Assembly: GCF_000150275.1 (NCBI RefSeq)
Contig: NW_002060983.1
Coordinates: 108,353 to 172,352 of the forward strand
Reading direction: 5' to 3'
Origin: Trichoplax adhaerens
Lineage: Eukaryota; Animalia; Placozoa
Length of the DNA: 64,000 nt
Each line of letters opens with the position of its first letter. Within the stretch, counting starts at the first letter, position 1. The notes below the pieces were generated by a model. That model was given only the letters and a program-made list of their open reading frames with translations. It was not told the origin of the DNA and searched no databases. The translations under genes and the position numbers were made by a program. This document shows, piece by piece, positions 1 through 13,619 of this stretch.

Positions 1-1900
1 ATTTATGCACTAATAATTCATAAACTATTACAATTTTAAGAACTAAAAAGTTAATGATAGCTTTAGCTGCAATAGATATTGTAACCTCCAATCTCTGGTT
101 TATCTTTAAAACTGAATTAAATGAAGTTTATATATTAATTAGTAAAATCATCTAAGCTAAGAACGTAAAGCAGTAATAGACTTAGAAAAATTGCCTTAAT
201 ATTAATTGTTTGAAGAAAATAAGCAGACAGAATATTATAGTTAATGCCTTATCTCATGCATTATTTAAAGTCGGCGGTTACTTATTAGGTTACAATGGTT
301 ATTTTGCTTCGAAGCGAATAGGTCGATTAAATCCTAGTTTAGGCTAGTTATCTTAGACAATAATATTTCGTATATGAACTAAAATTAGGTACGAGTAGTA
401 GATTATAATGGTTTACTTGTAAAACAGTTATGTTAAGAATATTTTTTAAGCCTTTAGCGTACTGACTATGACGAAGCTAAGATAGCTTGCGTTGTACTCT
501 AACTATCAGATATTCTCAAGCTAATTACTTTAAGCGTTCATAAACCAAGTTAGTTACCTTAGACTAAATACTACTTTAGTCACTATCGTAGAATACCGAA
601 AGCAATCAAACACTACAAATATTGTGGAATCCGTCGATCATGATTAATTGTTTGATAATACAAGACTTACAACCTAAGAATATGGCTTACTAAAAGTAAT
701 TATATTTCGCTATGTTGTCATACACTAATTTGTGATCTATCATTAACAGATAGCCTAGCGGAAGATAGGCGGTTCGAGTTGCTATAGGTTTTTGATCAAT
801 ACGAACTGAAATTAACGCTTTCTAACAATGAGGGTACAGAACCGCCTCCCCTATTAGTTAATTAAGATCGAGCAATATAAGCGATAATTTACTGCGATAC
901 TACTAATTGAATCAGTTAATGTATCTTTAAATTGAATGAATAAGACGAAAATCATTAAAAATCTAATGTAATTAATATCATCTGGCGATGAATCAAAATT
1001 TTAAAGTTAAAAAGTAAAAAGTTGGATGGTAAATTATTTTGCGCAATTGCAAAGAAAATGTGATTTCCGGTAGCAGAAATTCAATTTTATTGCAATTCTA
1101 AAGCATTATGCTTTGTTTTTATAAATAAAAACTGAAAGTCATTTGTTACGAACTAAATTTAGGTAAAGGATGTGTAACTTTTAAGTACAGTACATGATGA
1201 TGGAGTAATAGCTATACTTAAGTGACCGTTGTGTTGTTTCTGCTTTACTCGCCTAGACTTGACATATAAATTTTTAATCAATTCTGATAATTCATAAGTT
1301 GAATTATTACTGTTTTGTGTACTAATTAATTTTACTAAGTTCATATCTAATTAAATTCATTTCAGTAAATAATCATCATGAAACGAAAAATATTTTCTTA
1401 TCACATAGCTCAGATACGCTTAGGATTATGGTGTACGTCGGCAAATTTAACGAATAAAGTAAAGTTAGTAAAACTTTATCCTTTTCAGTAATCTTAAACT
1501 TTTATTTTTTGAGATTGCATGAAAGTATGATGTGAAGACGATATCGATTAACAAACATCACTGCAATAGCTAACAAACAAATTCATTAATCTAAGTTTCA
1601 ATCGAATTAAGATACTGATAATAGAGATAAAATTATAAGAAAATGTTAACAGGCGATTTATAAACTAATAACCCTAAATAATTGCTTTATTAAGTAAATT
1701 ATCTCCATTACTACAATACAAGAGGCATTTAGTTAAAATATATTGCAAAGGTACCACCGCTTCGACAAAACAGGAAGTCCTCAGAAATACAGCATTAGTA
1801 ATGATTTTTAACGGTATTAGCAACACTGAATCTACTGCACAAGTATTAATGTAACCATTTATCGCCATGATAGATTGTAATTTAAACGAAATTTTCAAGA

Positions 1901-2980
1901 ATGAGTTCATCAATGTTAAGCATAGCCGTATCTATAAATTCAAGATTCGATAATAGTTCTGATATTCAATCAAATCACACTTACGAATTGAACATAATTA
2001 AGTGGAAAACAGTGATTTCATCCTCAATTTTACTTCCGATTTTTACATTTGGAATTTTTGGTAATGTTTTATTAATTTCTACTATTCATAAACATAAAAA
2101 ATTTCATACACCATCTTATATTTTATCAGTTAACATGGCCATATCTGACATTATACAGCTACTGTTTGGCACCACTTATCTTGTACTTAACGTTATCTTG
2201 ATATACGGATTTTCTTTAAATACTGCGAGTTATAAAGCTATTTGTCAAATTCACTTTTCGGTACTAAGTTCATCATTTACAACTTCGTCGCAGTCACTTT
2301 TGGCAGTTAGTATAGATCGCTACTTAACCATTAATACTGTAAACAATTCTAAATCACCATTTACAAGGCGTAAAGTATTGATTTTAACTATCATTTATAC
2401 ATGGCTTATAGGATTCACATTAGCAATTCCTGTAGCTTTTGTAGTTGATATTAATCCTGCGTTTCCGTTCTTGTGCGATTTAAGATCAAATGGCATGGAT
2501 CGTAACCAATTGATACCTATAATTCGATTTATAACGGCGATTATTTCTTATCCAGTTCCCTTACTAACAGCGTCATTCTTATATCAGAAAGTAATTAAAC
2601 GAATACGATCGTCTATAGTGGCTCACAATGAATTAAAAAATAAAGTTTGTGTATGGAAGAATCACTCTAGACAAGTTGATGCAACTAAAATGATGATTAT
2701 AGCAACCGTAATATTTATGATAATTGCATTACCCATGTTCATCGTTTTGGTACTATTTTCAACAACACAAACCTCTGTAACAGAATTAGTGTTGGAAGGA
2801 GGACTTGTACCATACATACTTATAACAGGATCATTTTTGCTGGCTATGATTAATTCTGTTCAAAATCCGCTTGTTTTCTTCGTCTATAACAAAACATTTC
2901 GCAAAGCTATAATTAATAATAGACGTCAGTACAATTTGCGTTTTCTACCATCTGCCAGATTTTTATCTCGTGTATCATAG
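1901..2980 (+). CDS. Class A (rhodopsin-like) 7TM GPCR, orphan (GPCR1), 359 aa; distant relative of the GPCR2/3/4 trio
   Basis: Seven hydrophobic segments. TM1 FGN, TM2 NMAISD, C3.25, TM3 SIDRY, TM4 W, ECL2 PFLCD, TM6 FMIIALP, TM7 NSVQNPLVF, helix 8 NKTFRKAI. N-terminal N-glycosylation sequons. Single open frame. Confidence 0.95.
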   Translation: MSSSMLSIAVSINSRFDNSSDIQSNHTYELNIIKWKTVISSSILLPIFTFGIFGNVLLISTIHKHKKFHTPSYILSVNMAISDIIQLLFGTTYLVLNVILIYGFSLNTASYKAICQIHFSVLSSSFTTSSQSLLAVSIDRYLTINTVNNSKSPFTRRKVLILTIIYTWLIGFTLAIPVAFVVDINPAFPFLCDLRSNGMDRNQLIPIIRFITAIISYPVPLLTASFLYQKVIKRIRSSIVAHNELKNKVCVWKNHSRQVDATKMMIIATVIFMIIALPMFIVLVLFSTTQTSVTELVLEGGLVPYILITGSFLLAMINSVQNPLVFFVYNKTFRKAIINNRRQYNLRFLPSARFLSRVS

Positions 2981-3949
2981 AATTAAACGTTTATATATGC
3001 TCCTATATCATGGAAAAAATGATGTCAACTCTAATAGATTAAATTTTTAATTACAATTCTTACCAATAGACGAATAGCACATTAATCGTATGTCTAATTA
3101 GTAATACCAATTTTCTAATTTATTGCCACAGTATATTACAGTCTTATAATATTTTCACTTTTTTATCTATCTTAATTATTTTCAATTTCGACAAAGAATT
3201 CTTTATCGAGTGTGAGAAATAAAGACATGCATTTTTTTGCATAAGAAACAAAAATTACTGAAAAAATCATATCAACTATAACTTGTTAAGGGCTTAACCT
3301 TTTCCTATTAACAACTACAATCATATGATAAAAATTATCGCTCTGAACAAACATCTCTTACTAAGCTATAATATCTAATTCTACATATGTTTGCCAAAAG
3401 TTACTGAGTGACCAGTATTTTCTGTGGTTAGATTTAAGTAATAAAGAGAGCCAATAAACTGAATGAAATCAATTAATTTTGCAGAATTTGTTTCTGGACT
3501 TTAGTATTTAATTCCATATTTAAATCTATAAAACCTTTTTGAATTACCAGGATTCTTCTAGACTAGAACTATATGTTTATGACTACTAATTTAAATACTC
3601 TGTAAATTTAGAAACCCACTTTGGTTAATGATATATTCTTAAATATTATTTCGTAGAATTATGTACGAAATCATCGTTAAACGAGTTCAATCAATGTCTC
3701 TACATTATATAGTAAGATTACTTCCTCAATTTGTGGCACAGAATTATATCGCTTAAACTTCTATTTTGAAGGAAAACAGCGATTGAAGCTTTATATTTGC
3801 ATTAATTTACTTACCACCGTCGCCATTTACTCAGTGCATTTATATTTATTCCCGTATTTAAAGCGACTACCAGTTAAATATGTAATACAAGACATAATTA
3901 GCTATTTCTAAAATTGTTTAGGTACCAGCTTTATTTTAAAATTTATTCT

Positions 3950-5400
3950 TAAATAATAGGTTACTTAAGGTACATTCTTATTGCAAGTCTTAATTCCTAT
4001 TTAAATTATAACTACATGGAATTATTAAGAAATAAAATTCTTAAATGTAGCTCGGGAAAAGTTAATCTACCATTTAGTAAAAGATTTGCTGCATTTCCTT
4101 TGCACTTGAAATACAATATTACCTTACCAACCGCCTTTAAAAATTGCAACCAAAGCATTTTGTTAAGTAAGAAAGAATTTTGATTGGATTATTACTACAC
4201 TTTAAGTTAGATTATAAAAATCAAGAAAAAAAGTGATATTTATTATGAAGTAAATAAAATATTGTTATCCGCCATCAACAGAGAACCATATTTAATTGTT
4301 TATTACACTAAATCTGTTCGATAACGCAGATTAATACAAGAAACTCATTAATTTGCAACCTAAAGTAAGCTCAGTAAATTATAATTATTAAACTATTTCC
4401 CAACTGCTGGAAATTTGGAAATTTATACTGTAGAGCTTATGAATTCAATTAGTAAAATGGCTTTTTAGGATACATATGAATAATTAGTATCAAAATATAT
4501 GCGTTTCTCAGGAGCGCATATCACATGTCCTAAGCAGTGGTAATTGATCTGATATAAAGCTTTGAAAACATCTTATAACAAACTTTTAGTTTCTTTTTTG
4601 TACTAAACATTAACAGATAACGAAAGTTTAGGTATTATTATTCCCAGTCTATAAGATAATAAAATAATTTATGTGATATTTATTAAAATTCATTAGTTTT
4701 TATAATAAGTGAAACGTTTTGTTTTACAATTAACGCAACTACATAAAGCAATAACCTTGCAATTAAAATTTGATTGGAAGATATAAGCCAGATATTATGC
4801 CTAACATTTTCCTTAGTCGTAGTCAACTTACTTAAACATTTTTTCATCAGAAGTTCAAACTCAAGTTATAATCCTTCAATAGATATAGTCTAAGCCCATA
4901 AGTTTTCAAAAATCACTTCAATTCTGCTTTGTTTTGATAAATGATTTTTTGCAGAAGTCAGCATGATAATGATAAGTTATTGAAAGCTAAATTACCTTAA
5001 ATGACATTATCTACTTTTACAAACCTTTGTTTGGCAAACCTTATTTTCAATATTCTTGCATTTTATTACATGACACTAAAACTGTTGCCCTAGTACAAAA
5101 GTAATCTTAAATAAAGCTGATGCACATAATTACATAAGCTGAAGGAGCGTTTATCTCAAAAGTCCTTTCGAATTAAGCTATAGATGCTATCATATATGTG
5201 TATTAACCTGCGTGAATAAGTATATCGGCAATTTGCGGAATCCTTTATTTTGAAAATTGGCTGAAATGCTATAGGCATTTTACAAAATGACATAATCCTA
5301 GGATATTTGAACAGATACGTTACATTGTCAACTAATGACAGGTTTATTAGATTTATAACAGTTATATTACGCCTTATAATGTATAAGACTCCCCAAAATA
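3950..5400 (-). pseudogene. Highly decayed Gypsy-type RT/RNase H fossil (Gypsy relic 4); boundaries approximate
   Basis: Manual minus-strand reading across frameshifts: PRIMSFCKMPIAF (~5310-5260, like GLYxFxxMPFG), LKVCYK/CF then LGHVI (~4590-4515, like LKLxxxKCxF...YLGHII), LMSFLY*SALSNRF (~4350, like LRSFLGLxxYYxRF), ILYF...LLLNG (~4115-4070). Confidence 0.45.
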
Positions 5401-6809
5401 GGACTACGAGCAATAAAAATCAACATCCAGATAAAGTAATTGGGTTTACTTTATAATTTATTGCTTGATAATACATATCGCAAGCAGTAAACGAAATTTC
5501 TTATTATCCTAGATATTTACTCTAAAATAAATTATTATAAAATAATTTTCAGGAATTTAAATATATTGTTCATAAAGCAAAATTTATGATATAATAATTC
5601 AAATGCAACCTTCATAGAGTGGACTAGCAATGTATAAATGCTGAAATTTTAGAAAGATTAAATTGATAATTGCTGCCACGCCAGCAAGGATACAAGTCAG
5701 TAAATCCATTTATAAAAGTTGTTAAGTATTCATACAAATCTTCCATTGACCTTTCGTATTTCAAAGACAAATTCATCAAGATGCGCTATGCTAGTAACGT
5801 AACTTACCTTATCTGGTAGTAGAAATTTAGTGATGATTGGTAGATTAAGTTTTTATTTTAATTTAGCCTCAGCACTTTATAGATAATCATAACTTTGTTC
5901 CTGAAACAATCATTTTACGTATGGCTGATGATAATAACAATAAAATATATAATATTTGCTCGAAAAGAAACCATTTATATACAACTTTAAGGTTAAGATC
6001 TCTAATTAATTATAAATAAAATTAGTTAAATTAGTACCTTTCGCGATTCTAGTTTGTTACATGTAATTCTCACGGGCTGAACAATTAGTGAGTTGAATGA
6101 AGACAGTAAGATTAGGTCTCTAAACTTTATGGCGAAGAAGAGCCTCAGAATATCATTAACCATTAGCAAATGTTCATCTTAATCTTAGAATATATCAAAA
6201 GCAAATTGTCGAAAATATAGAATTACTGTGGCAGAATTGGAAGTAAAATAAATAGGCTTTCTTTACTTGGAAATATTGAACGCTTGTTAGACTTAAATTT
6301 GCCTCTTGCAAGCTATCCTTATTTAAAACATATGTCTAGTGATTGCTAGGCTTCGTCTAAGTAAAAAACTCCTGTATTTATTACGATCTAAAGAAGCAAT
6401 AAATTTCGGTAAATCTCAAATCAGAATTACTATCTTATTTGATTAATTTGGCTATCAGCAATGTACGTGATATTGCAATCATGATTAATAGTAGAGATCA
6501 AGTAGGTTTGAGTGGTCATTTGCACATGTTAGAGCTCCAAATATTCCTATAAGATTTCTTTATCTCAGTTTCTAATAGATATTTCGTAGGGATGGGTTAG
6601 AAGGTATAAATTGAATCACAATCTAGTCGCTAGCCATATTCTATTCAACTTGAGATTGAATATGGCTTTGGATAGCTTTCAAGTGCGGAGATAAAAATGT
6701 TAATAAGAAATTGATTAGTTCGAGGTCAGAATGGGATGATATGTAATATAGCCTTTACATCAAATTCACTACTGGATACATATCTTCTTTTGTCAGACAC
6801 GACAAGAAT

Positions 6810-7430
6810 GCATTCAACAACTCAAACTTCTTAATTCCGCTAATGGCTTAGATCAATTCAGTACTCAAATTTTCGAATCTTCGATCCGACTAATATCATA
6901 CTTGCAAACATTTTAATACCATGCTCACGTAATCTTCAACTATTCCATTAATGGAAGGAATCCCAGTCGGTTTAATTATATATTTAATCCACTGACAACG
7001 CCAAAAATTGGCCACCTTACCATTTAAAAAAAAATCGTCTATAAGCCATTTGTCTCTACCTTAGCTCGCCACCTTGCCTCCTATATTGGATCACGTTCAA
7101 TTTTATCCTCATTGATAGATTTCACTAATACTTTTATCCATTAAATATTAATTAATGATACATACTAAAACGAAAAAACATAATTGGGCAAGTGAATCAT
7201 TGGATTTTTGCTGATGCTTCTGGCTCCATTCCTCATAATTATGTATGATATGCCGTAACAACGTACATTTGTTTGGATGTCTTTACTGGTTGATTTTGAA
7301 ACATCTAGTGAGGTATTGTTATTACTATATAGTGATAGATTCACTATCTAACTTAAATATCAATACATTAGGGAGTTGAATGAAGACATCCACTAAGTTC
7401 TCTGTCACTTTATCTTCTTTTCAATACTGT
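6810..7430 (-). pseudogene. Decayed Gypsy integrase fossil (IN part of Gypsy relic 1)
   Basis: One frame gives KDIQTNVRCY..., IHL..., WIKVLVKS. A second frame gives GRDKWLIDDFFLNGKVANFWRCQWIKYIIKPTGIPSINGIVED, in register with integrase F-x7-F-x5-IKxI-x6-PxxNGxxE (catalytic E at 6937-6935). These are followed by FEY*(TGA from CGA) and SGIKKFELLN, like YRxTP...GxSPxELL. Confidence 0.65.
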
Positions 7431-8285
7431 ATTAGAGACTTTAGAAAATTGTTTTGTCTACCATAATTTCTCATTATAACCTAGAAAAATGTAAATTAAT
7501 GACGACGTTCAATATAGGAATATATCGTCAATCGAAGCAATAGTAACGTTCGGGTCTGAGTAAAGTAGTGTTCTTGATCCGTTTTTAATCGGCGCAGCTC
7601 CCTTAAAAGGCCAAAGTACACGGTAAAGTTTATTTATTTTTGATACAAAGAGGTCACGAGTAATCAGTTGCTTATTAGTATATAATAATATGTGCTTATA
7701 TATTAGTTGTGAGCGAAATTTGCTACTTATTATTATTTACACAATATGATACAGTAAGAATACTTGAATATGTTAAAATGAGCAATTAATATTTATCGGT
7801 ATCCTAAATTGTACACTCGGCTAGGCTGACAGTATCTAAATTAAGTCGGATTAAATACACTATCTCAGCATTAGTTAAATTACGTAAGCTTAGAATCTAA
7901 TTTGCTAATATAAGCCTTTTGCTAATAATAGTTATATCGATACAGCATTTAGCAATTATACTAAGATTTTAACATGCACAGATTGAGTTGCGTCTCTCAT
8001 GTTCCTAATCAGAGTAGCTCAAAGTGTTAGCTAAGTAAAGCAGAGCAATTCTCATATAAGTCTCTTTTACAATATTACTAGACGATCGTAGTACGAACAT
8101 TATCAGTAGATATTAAATATGTAGCATCATCTCTGACTTACATTATGCTGGTCTATCCTCATGATAGATGTATCTTATCTCTAATAAGTTACAGGTTTTA
8201 TATAAGTTTTGTTGTATCGCACTACACTTGGTTTAATAGATAACTAATCTAATGTAAAGGGCTGCTATTAATTTCAGTATATTGT

Positions 8286-8882
8286 TGTTACAGTGTTATA
8301 TACTGTATTACAGTAGAAATATCTATGTTAGGATAATTCTATTAGACTATCCTTATTTAGTTAACTTCTAATTTGGATATACTGTGACTTATACACATAC
8401 TGAAATTAATAGTTATAATAGGGAATGCAAATCATCTGCTTACAGTTCGAATCATTGTGATTGTAATTTACTTATGGTTGACTGTAAATTATCATGGAAA
8501 TGTTCCGTGATAGGACATATCGTAATCTGACTATTCTGTATTAGTCATTACATGTCTATGTTCGTAAATACTGTTGTCTGCATTAAGGGAGCAGTAGCTA
8601 AAATTAATATCTAATTCAGTAAATGATTCTAATGTTAATTTTATTAACTATGACTCATGAACTATTGAGGAGTAGTATATAAATGCAGTATATCGTGAAA
8701 TAAAGAAGAATTGTCCAACTTAGTGTTTAACGTAAAATACGAGGCGTTTAAGTCTTTGTGTAGTCTGCTAGAAGAGCAAAAGTGTTCGTGATAGTGCAGA
8801 TATCGTTCCTTGATACGTGGTTCAAGGAATTGACTTATTGATCGTATATTGCGTTATCTTGTTGCAAAGCTGTTTTGTGACA
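8286..8882 (+). mobile_element. Solo LTR, family A (597 bp)
   Basis: TGTTACA...TGTGACA ends; perfect 5-bp TSD ATTGT; TATAAA then AATAAA inside; near-identical to 37686-38316 apart from a ~34-bp deletion. Confidence 0.93.
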
Positions 8883-9201
8883 ATTGTCTAGCTTAATCTT
8901 ATCAATAATGCAGAGTCTTCAACTACCAAGCACGAAATCTGAGTCACTTTACTGAAGACGCAGCAACATTACTTTAAAAAAGTTGCTTTAATGTAATAAG
9001 GAAATTAGTAGCTGATATGTTGAAATTGCATATTTACGGGTACATGCTAAGAATATTTCATCAATGGCCGTAGCTAAGAGCTATACAGAGTACTGCTATC
9101 AGGTAATATACTAACGTGATTTCTAACATCGTGGCAGAATATTATAGAAAGTTACAGATAACAGCATTTTGTATGAGTTATGTAAAATTGTATTGGCCGG
9201 G

Positions 9202-9855
9202 TGTTACAAAATAGCTCTGCGACAAGATAACGTAGTGTACGATCAATAAGTCGATTCCCTGAACCATACATCAGGATGCAATATCTGCGCGATCGGGAAC
9301 GCTTTTCCTATACCAGTAGACTACACAAAGACTTACTGTAGACGCCTCGTATTTTACGTTAAAGACTTATCTTAAAAACTCACAAGATTATACGATATAC
9401 CGAATCTATGAACTCTTTTACAATAATTAAGCATCCTTATTAGTAATATTGAAGTAGAAACTATATAATGAATCAAAACTAATTTTTGTACTAAAACTTA
9501 ATGAAGATAATAGTATTTACGAACATAAGACATCTAATGACTAATGGAAAATAGTCAGATTGCAATATGTTCTATCATGTAGCATTTCGATTGTAATCTA
9601 CAATCTACCATAAGTAAATTACAATCATAGTGATTTGAATTGTAAGAACATTATTCTCGATTCCCTACATTTAACTACTAATTTCAGTATGTTGTATTTA
9701 TCTAATATCACTGCCATAAAAGCTAGTACTATACTTAAACATCATACTGTATATCTAAAATTAGAAACTCAGTAAATAAGAGTAAACCAACAAAATTATC
9801 CTAATGTAGTTACGTCTACTTTAATTTCGACATTAAAGTGGGTAAAACTGTAACA
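9202..9855 (-). mobile_element. Solo LTR, divergent subfamily A2 (654 bp)
   Basis: TGTTACA...TGTAACA ends; TSD CCGGG/CAGGG (1 mismatch); the reverse complement is colinear with family A and with 36478-37010. Confidence 0.85.
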
Positions 9856-10424
9856 CAGGGCCAATTTCCATTATTCACTTTGTAATTTTAGCTATTTCCA
9901 GCTGTTTTATGTGAAACCTCGAAAAGTAAATTTTTCTAATATAGACGAACTAGCACCGTTATAAAATCGAACTTTCATGGATAAGTAGAGAGCTGACTAA
10001 GACGTTGTAGTAAAAGGACTAAAAGTAGAGTCCTTTGTAGTTTTTAGTATGTAATTAGTATTATTAGATAGAGAATATCGATTATTTTACTATACAAAAT
10101 ACCTACAAAGTGATAGTGTCTTTAAGTTTTACCCTGCCAAATCATCATGTCGCCATCTTTTCTTCTTCATTATTTTACAAGGTATTATATAGATTACTAT
10201 AGAAGTAGCCCTATAGAGCAAATGCCTAATCTAAACAAAGGGCGTTTCATCGTCTATTCAAATTGTAAAGAAATTTGACTTAGTAGCAAAACCCTATCCT
10301 TAGAGAAAGGGGATTTATAACATGACGATAAAGTACTGTAAGGTAGTCTATACTCGTACAGTTACAGTACAATCTGACGCTAAAACATCAACTGTCAATA
10401 CTCGCGAATACTAAGCGGTACTAA

Positions 10425-11412
10425 TGTCAGAAAAGTAGTCGTAGTAGTCATATAAATTTTTTTGATAAGCGATTACTGTGATCTTCATAAAAAGCGAATT
10501 TTTCCGGATTTGTGTCCGATATAGTTTTCGGATTCTGGGACCGGTCGGGTTTGTGTCCGATATAATTTTCCTGTTTTGGAACCGGTCGGGTTTATTTTTT
10601 AAGAGTTGATTTTTGAGATTTGGACTTTTTGTTATGAATTTGAAACTTTGGAATTTTATGACGTGACTTGAAGTCACATTAGGAGATTTAGTGAGAAAAA
10701 TAGAAAATAAGATGGAAATTGGCAGAGGTTGTGTTGATTGTTAGGTAGTTAGAATGTTGTTTTTATGACTAAATCTTGATGTTTAAAGGTTGATTTTTAG
10801 CTTTTTATAGTGTATTAATGATAGAAATTATGTTAGAAATGAAGTTTGATGTATTTTTATAGTTAGCTTATTACTTTTATAGTGTTTTGTAAGGGAATCG
10901 TAGGGTAAATTGTGTCTGAACTTTGAATGATTTTTGTTTTCTTAAATGGTGCAAAGTAGTTTTCTAATACGGATCTTAAGAGCGATTTGTTAGCAAATGT
11001 TTAGTTTTAAATACCTCTGACGGCTCTACGAAGCCTATAAATGATAGTGCAATTAGAAAATTTAGAGAGAGAGTAGAAGAAGATTTTATTTGAAGAACTT
11101 GTATAATTTAAAAGGCCTTCGGGGTCGAATTGTCGTAAGTTAAAACGTTGTTGTTTTTGAAAGGTTGTTTGGTCGTTGAAAGTTTTTAAGTCTGTCATTT
11201 ATTTTAATAATACTTAAAGCTAAGTATTTGTAAGGTTGTTCGGTTTATACTTCTCTCCATTTTTGTTTTGAAATAAATTGTTGTTGGGTTATTTCCCCAA
11301 ATTTTATTTGGTGTGAAAGTATTAGCGTTAAGTCGACCGGAGTGCAACGAAAGTAGAATCAAAGTTTGTTAAAGTTTCGTAGCTTGATCTCTATATATTA
11401 CATTTCATTACA
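10425..11412 (+). mobile_element. LTR-like element, family D (~1 kb; left boundary unresolved)
   Basis: 10652-11412 is nearly identical to 61235-61990 and both end CATTTCATTACA. Internal TATAAA (~11036) and AATAAA (~11272). GC-richer ~40-bp tandem units at ~10504-10592. Candidate starts at 10337 or 10425; no clean TSD. Confidence 0.7.
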
Positions 11413-11847
11413 ACGTCAAATGGACTCACAGACGACTCTTAAAGCGCTGCTTCTATGGTAGAAGATGGTATTAATTGGTTAAGACTACGCTATCGTATAG
11501 CACATGGAAGATTTCTTTTTACTTAATAATTGTTATTTCAAGTTAGCAAATTGCAAGCCTACTAAAATTTAAAACTCACTCATTACAGTACAGTATAAAA
11601 ATTCACATCATGCCAGTATGAATTTTTTTATTTGGCAGCGTTACAATTTTACTCGGCATCGATATTTTCCATGCCGAGTGACCAACTATTGAAACTCTAG
11701 AAAATGTTCTAAAACTTCTGGTAAACCTGGACTCCCAATGGTAGATTGTTTACAAATATTCCTCTATTATGAACTTTAACCCATTAAACTTGTTGATCTA
11801 ACCGCCAACTTTTTCAAGATCGAACAAATGCGTCACTAGGAACTTCC

Positions 11848-12435
11848 TGTCACAAAAAAACTTTCGTGAACGTACCTAAACTAGTCTATCTACTCTTAAG
11901 GTTCCCCGACTAACTCCGGAGATCCTCAGTAAAGGAAAACTAACTTATTCCTATACCATAGACAACGAGTCCAACGATAGGTTTAGGTTATTAAATATTT
12001 TATTACCAGCTATTGCAACTTAGTACCAGTGTACTCTAGCGTAGCCTTCGTGGAACTGAGATTAAAAAGTAATGATCAAGCTTATATACAGTTTCATATA
12101 TCACACAAATAAGATCGGTACTAATCTTTCACATTAAATTATAGAATGTGCAATACAGATCCATACAGGCTTACTATAGATTCAACTAGCTCGAGTGTTA
12201 CTTATCACTTGTCACAAATTAATATTATTAATTAGCACCTTATTAACTAACATAATAATCTTTACAGCTTGACATTTAAATTGCTAACACCATATCCACG
12301 CTGTATATTACTAGGATAATTAATAACAAAACTCAATTAACAACTAGGTTGTGGCCGAGATCGGCAACCTCCATAATAATATTGTTACACATTTTAGATC
12401 AAAATATTATTCATTTCGGAGCGAGCTCCGTCACA
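11848..12435 (-). mobile_element. Solo LTR, family F (588 bp)
   Basis: TGTCACA...CCGTCACA ends; perfect TSD CTTCC; 11848-12040 is homologous to the reverse complement of ~63000-63187. Confidence 0.85.
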
Positions 12436-13619
12436 CTTCCCTAAGTACTAAAACATTGCGATCAATCCAATGGCATTTTAACGTAATATTAAAATTAATA
12501 TTATTAAAAATCAAAATTTGAAATAAAATTATTACAAGACTACTGCAAGGTTTACCTGCCCGACTGCTAAAAGCGACAGGGCAAAATATTGATATTGTTG
12601 GGTTGTTATATGGCGACGGAGCGGCATATCTCTTCTGAATTAAAATAATGAATCCAAACTGTATATTTCCAAGAAACTAGCTAATTAATATTGTAATTAC
12701 ATACATGAAACAGCTGCATATTTACGTTCTAGACTGTACTTGATAAAACATAGTTTGTCTCAGAATTGCAGAGCACTTAATTTTGCTATGCTCAGCATAG
12801 TATTTCAGAGATTATAAATCTCGTCTTATGAAGATACTGTACTTAAGTAAAGATGACCTTAGACAGTATGTTGCTTAGTTCCTTATTATTAATATTTAAT
12901 GACAGTGATAAATATTCGTATAGTCTATAAATTTATACATTTTTTTACGTCAATCTGCCATACGGTAGCTAGCGAATAATGCTATTATTACTTATATATG
13001 ATAGCTGTTACAATATTAAACCATAGATGATCCACTGAAATATTTAATAATGGAATCACCGAGTAAGAAAGAATAAAATATTGCTTTCTATTTGTAGTTG
13101 CTTACCGCGGAAAGTGTAGGGCCTAGAAACTTTTGAAGTCATAGTTATTTATTGCAAAATCTATCTAGTAGTTGTATTCAAGCATAGTAGAATTTTGCAT
13201 GGTAAGGTATATCTTTATGTGAAGATCAAATAAATTCAAAATTATCTTCAGACTTTAAATATAGATGAGTTTCATTGCATACGAGTATACTCATAATTAG
13301 GCAGTTATCAGCACAAAAACGAGCAAATTATCTACGAATATCATTTATGTCATCTACTAAAAATATTGCAAAATTTGAGGTAATAAAGAATTACGTATGT
13401 ACAGCGTAATTTGAAATCTGCAAAGTTCCATTCAAGATATTTTCACCCAGTTACAACAATACAATACAAAAAACTAGAATTAATATAAAATAGTAGGGGA
13501 TAGGCTGTGATTTTATATGCATAAGTTATAAGGTCCAAAATTACAGCAGTCATTTTATACCAATTTAGTTTTATAGCTGTAACAAGAATCAAATTTAACG
13601 TAAGACAAATACAGGCTTA

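Noticed and set aside
11651-11720. Hairpin ACTCGGCAT...ATGCCGAGT and HSE-like CTAGAAAATGTTCTAAAACTTC
   Set aside because: These are isolated motifs within TE debris, with no associated gene or defined element.
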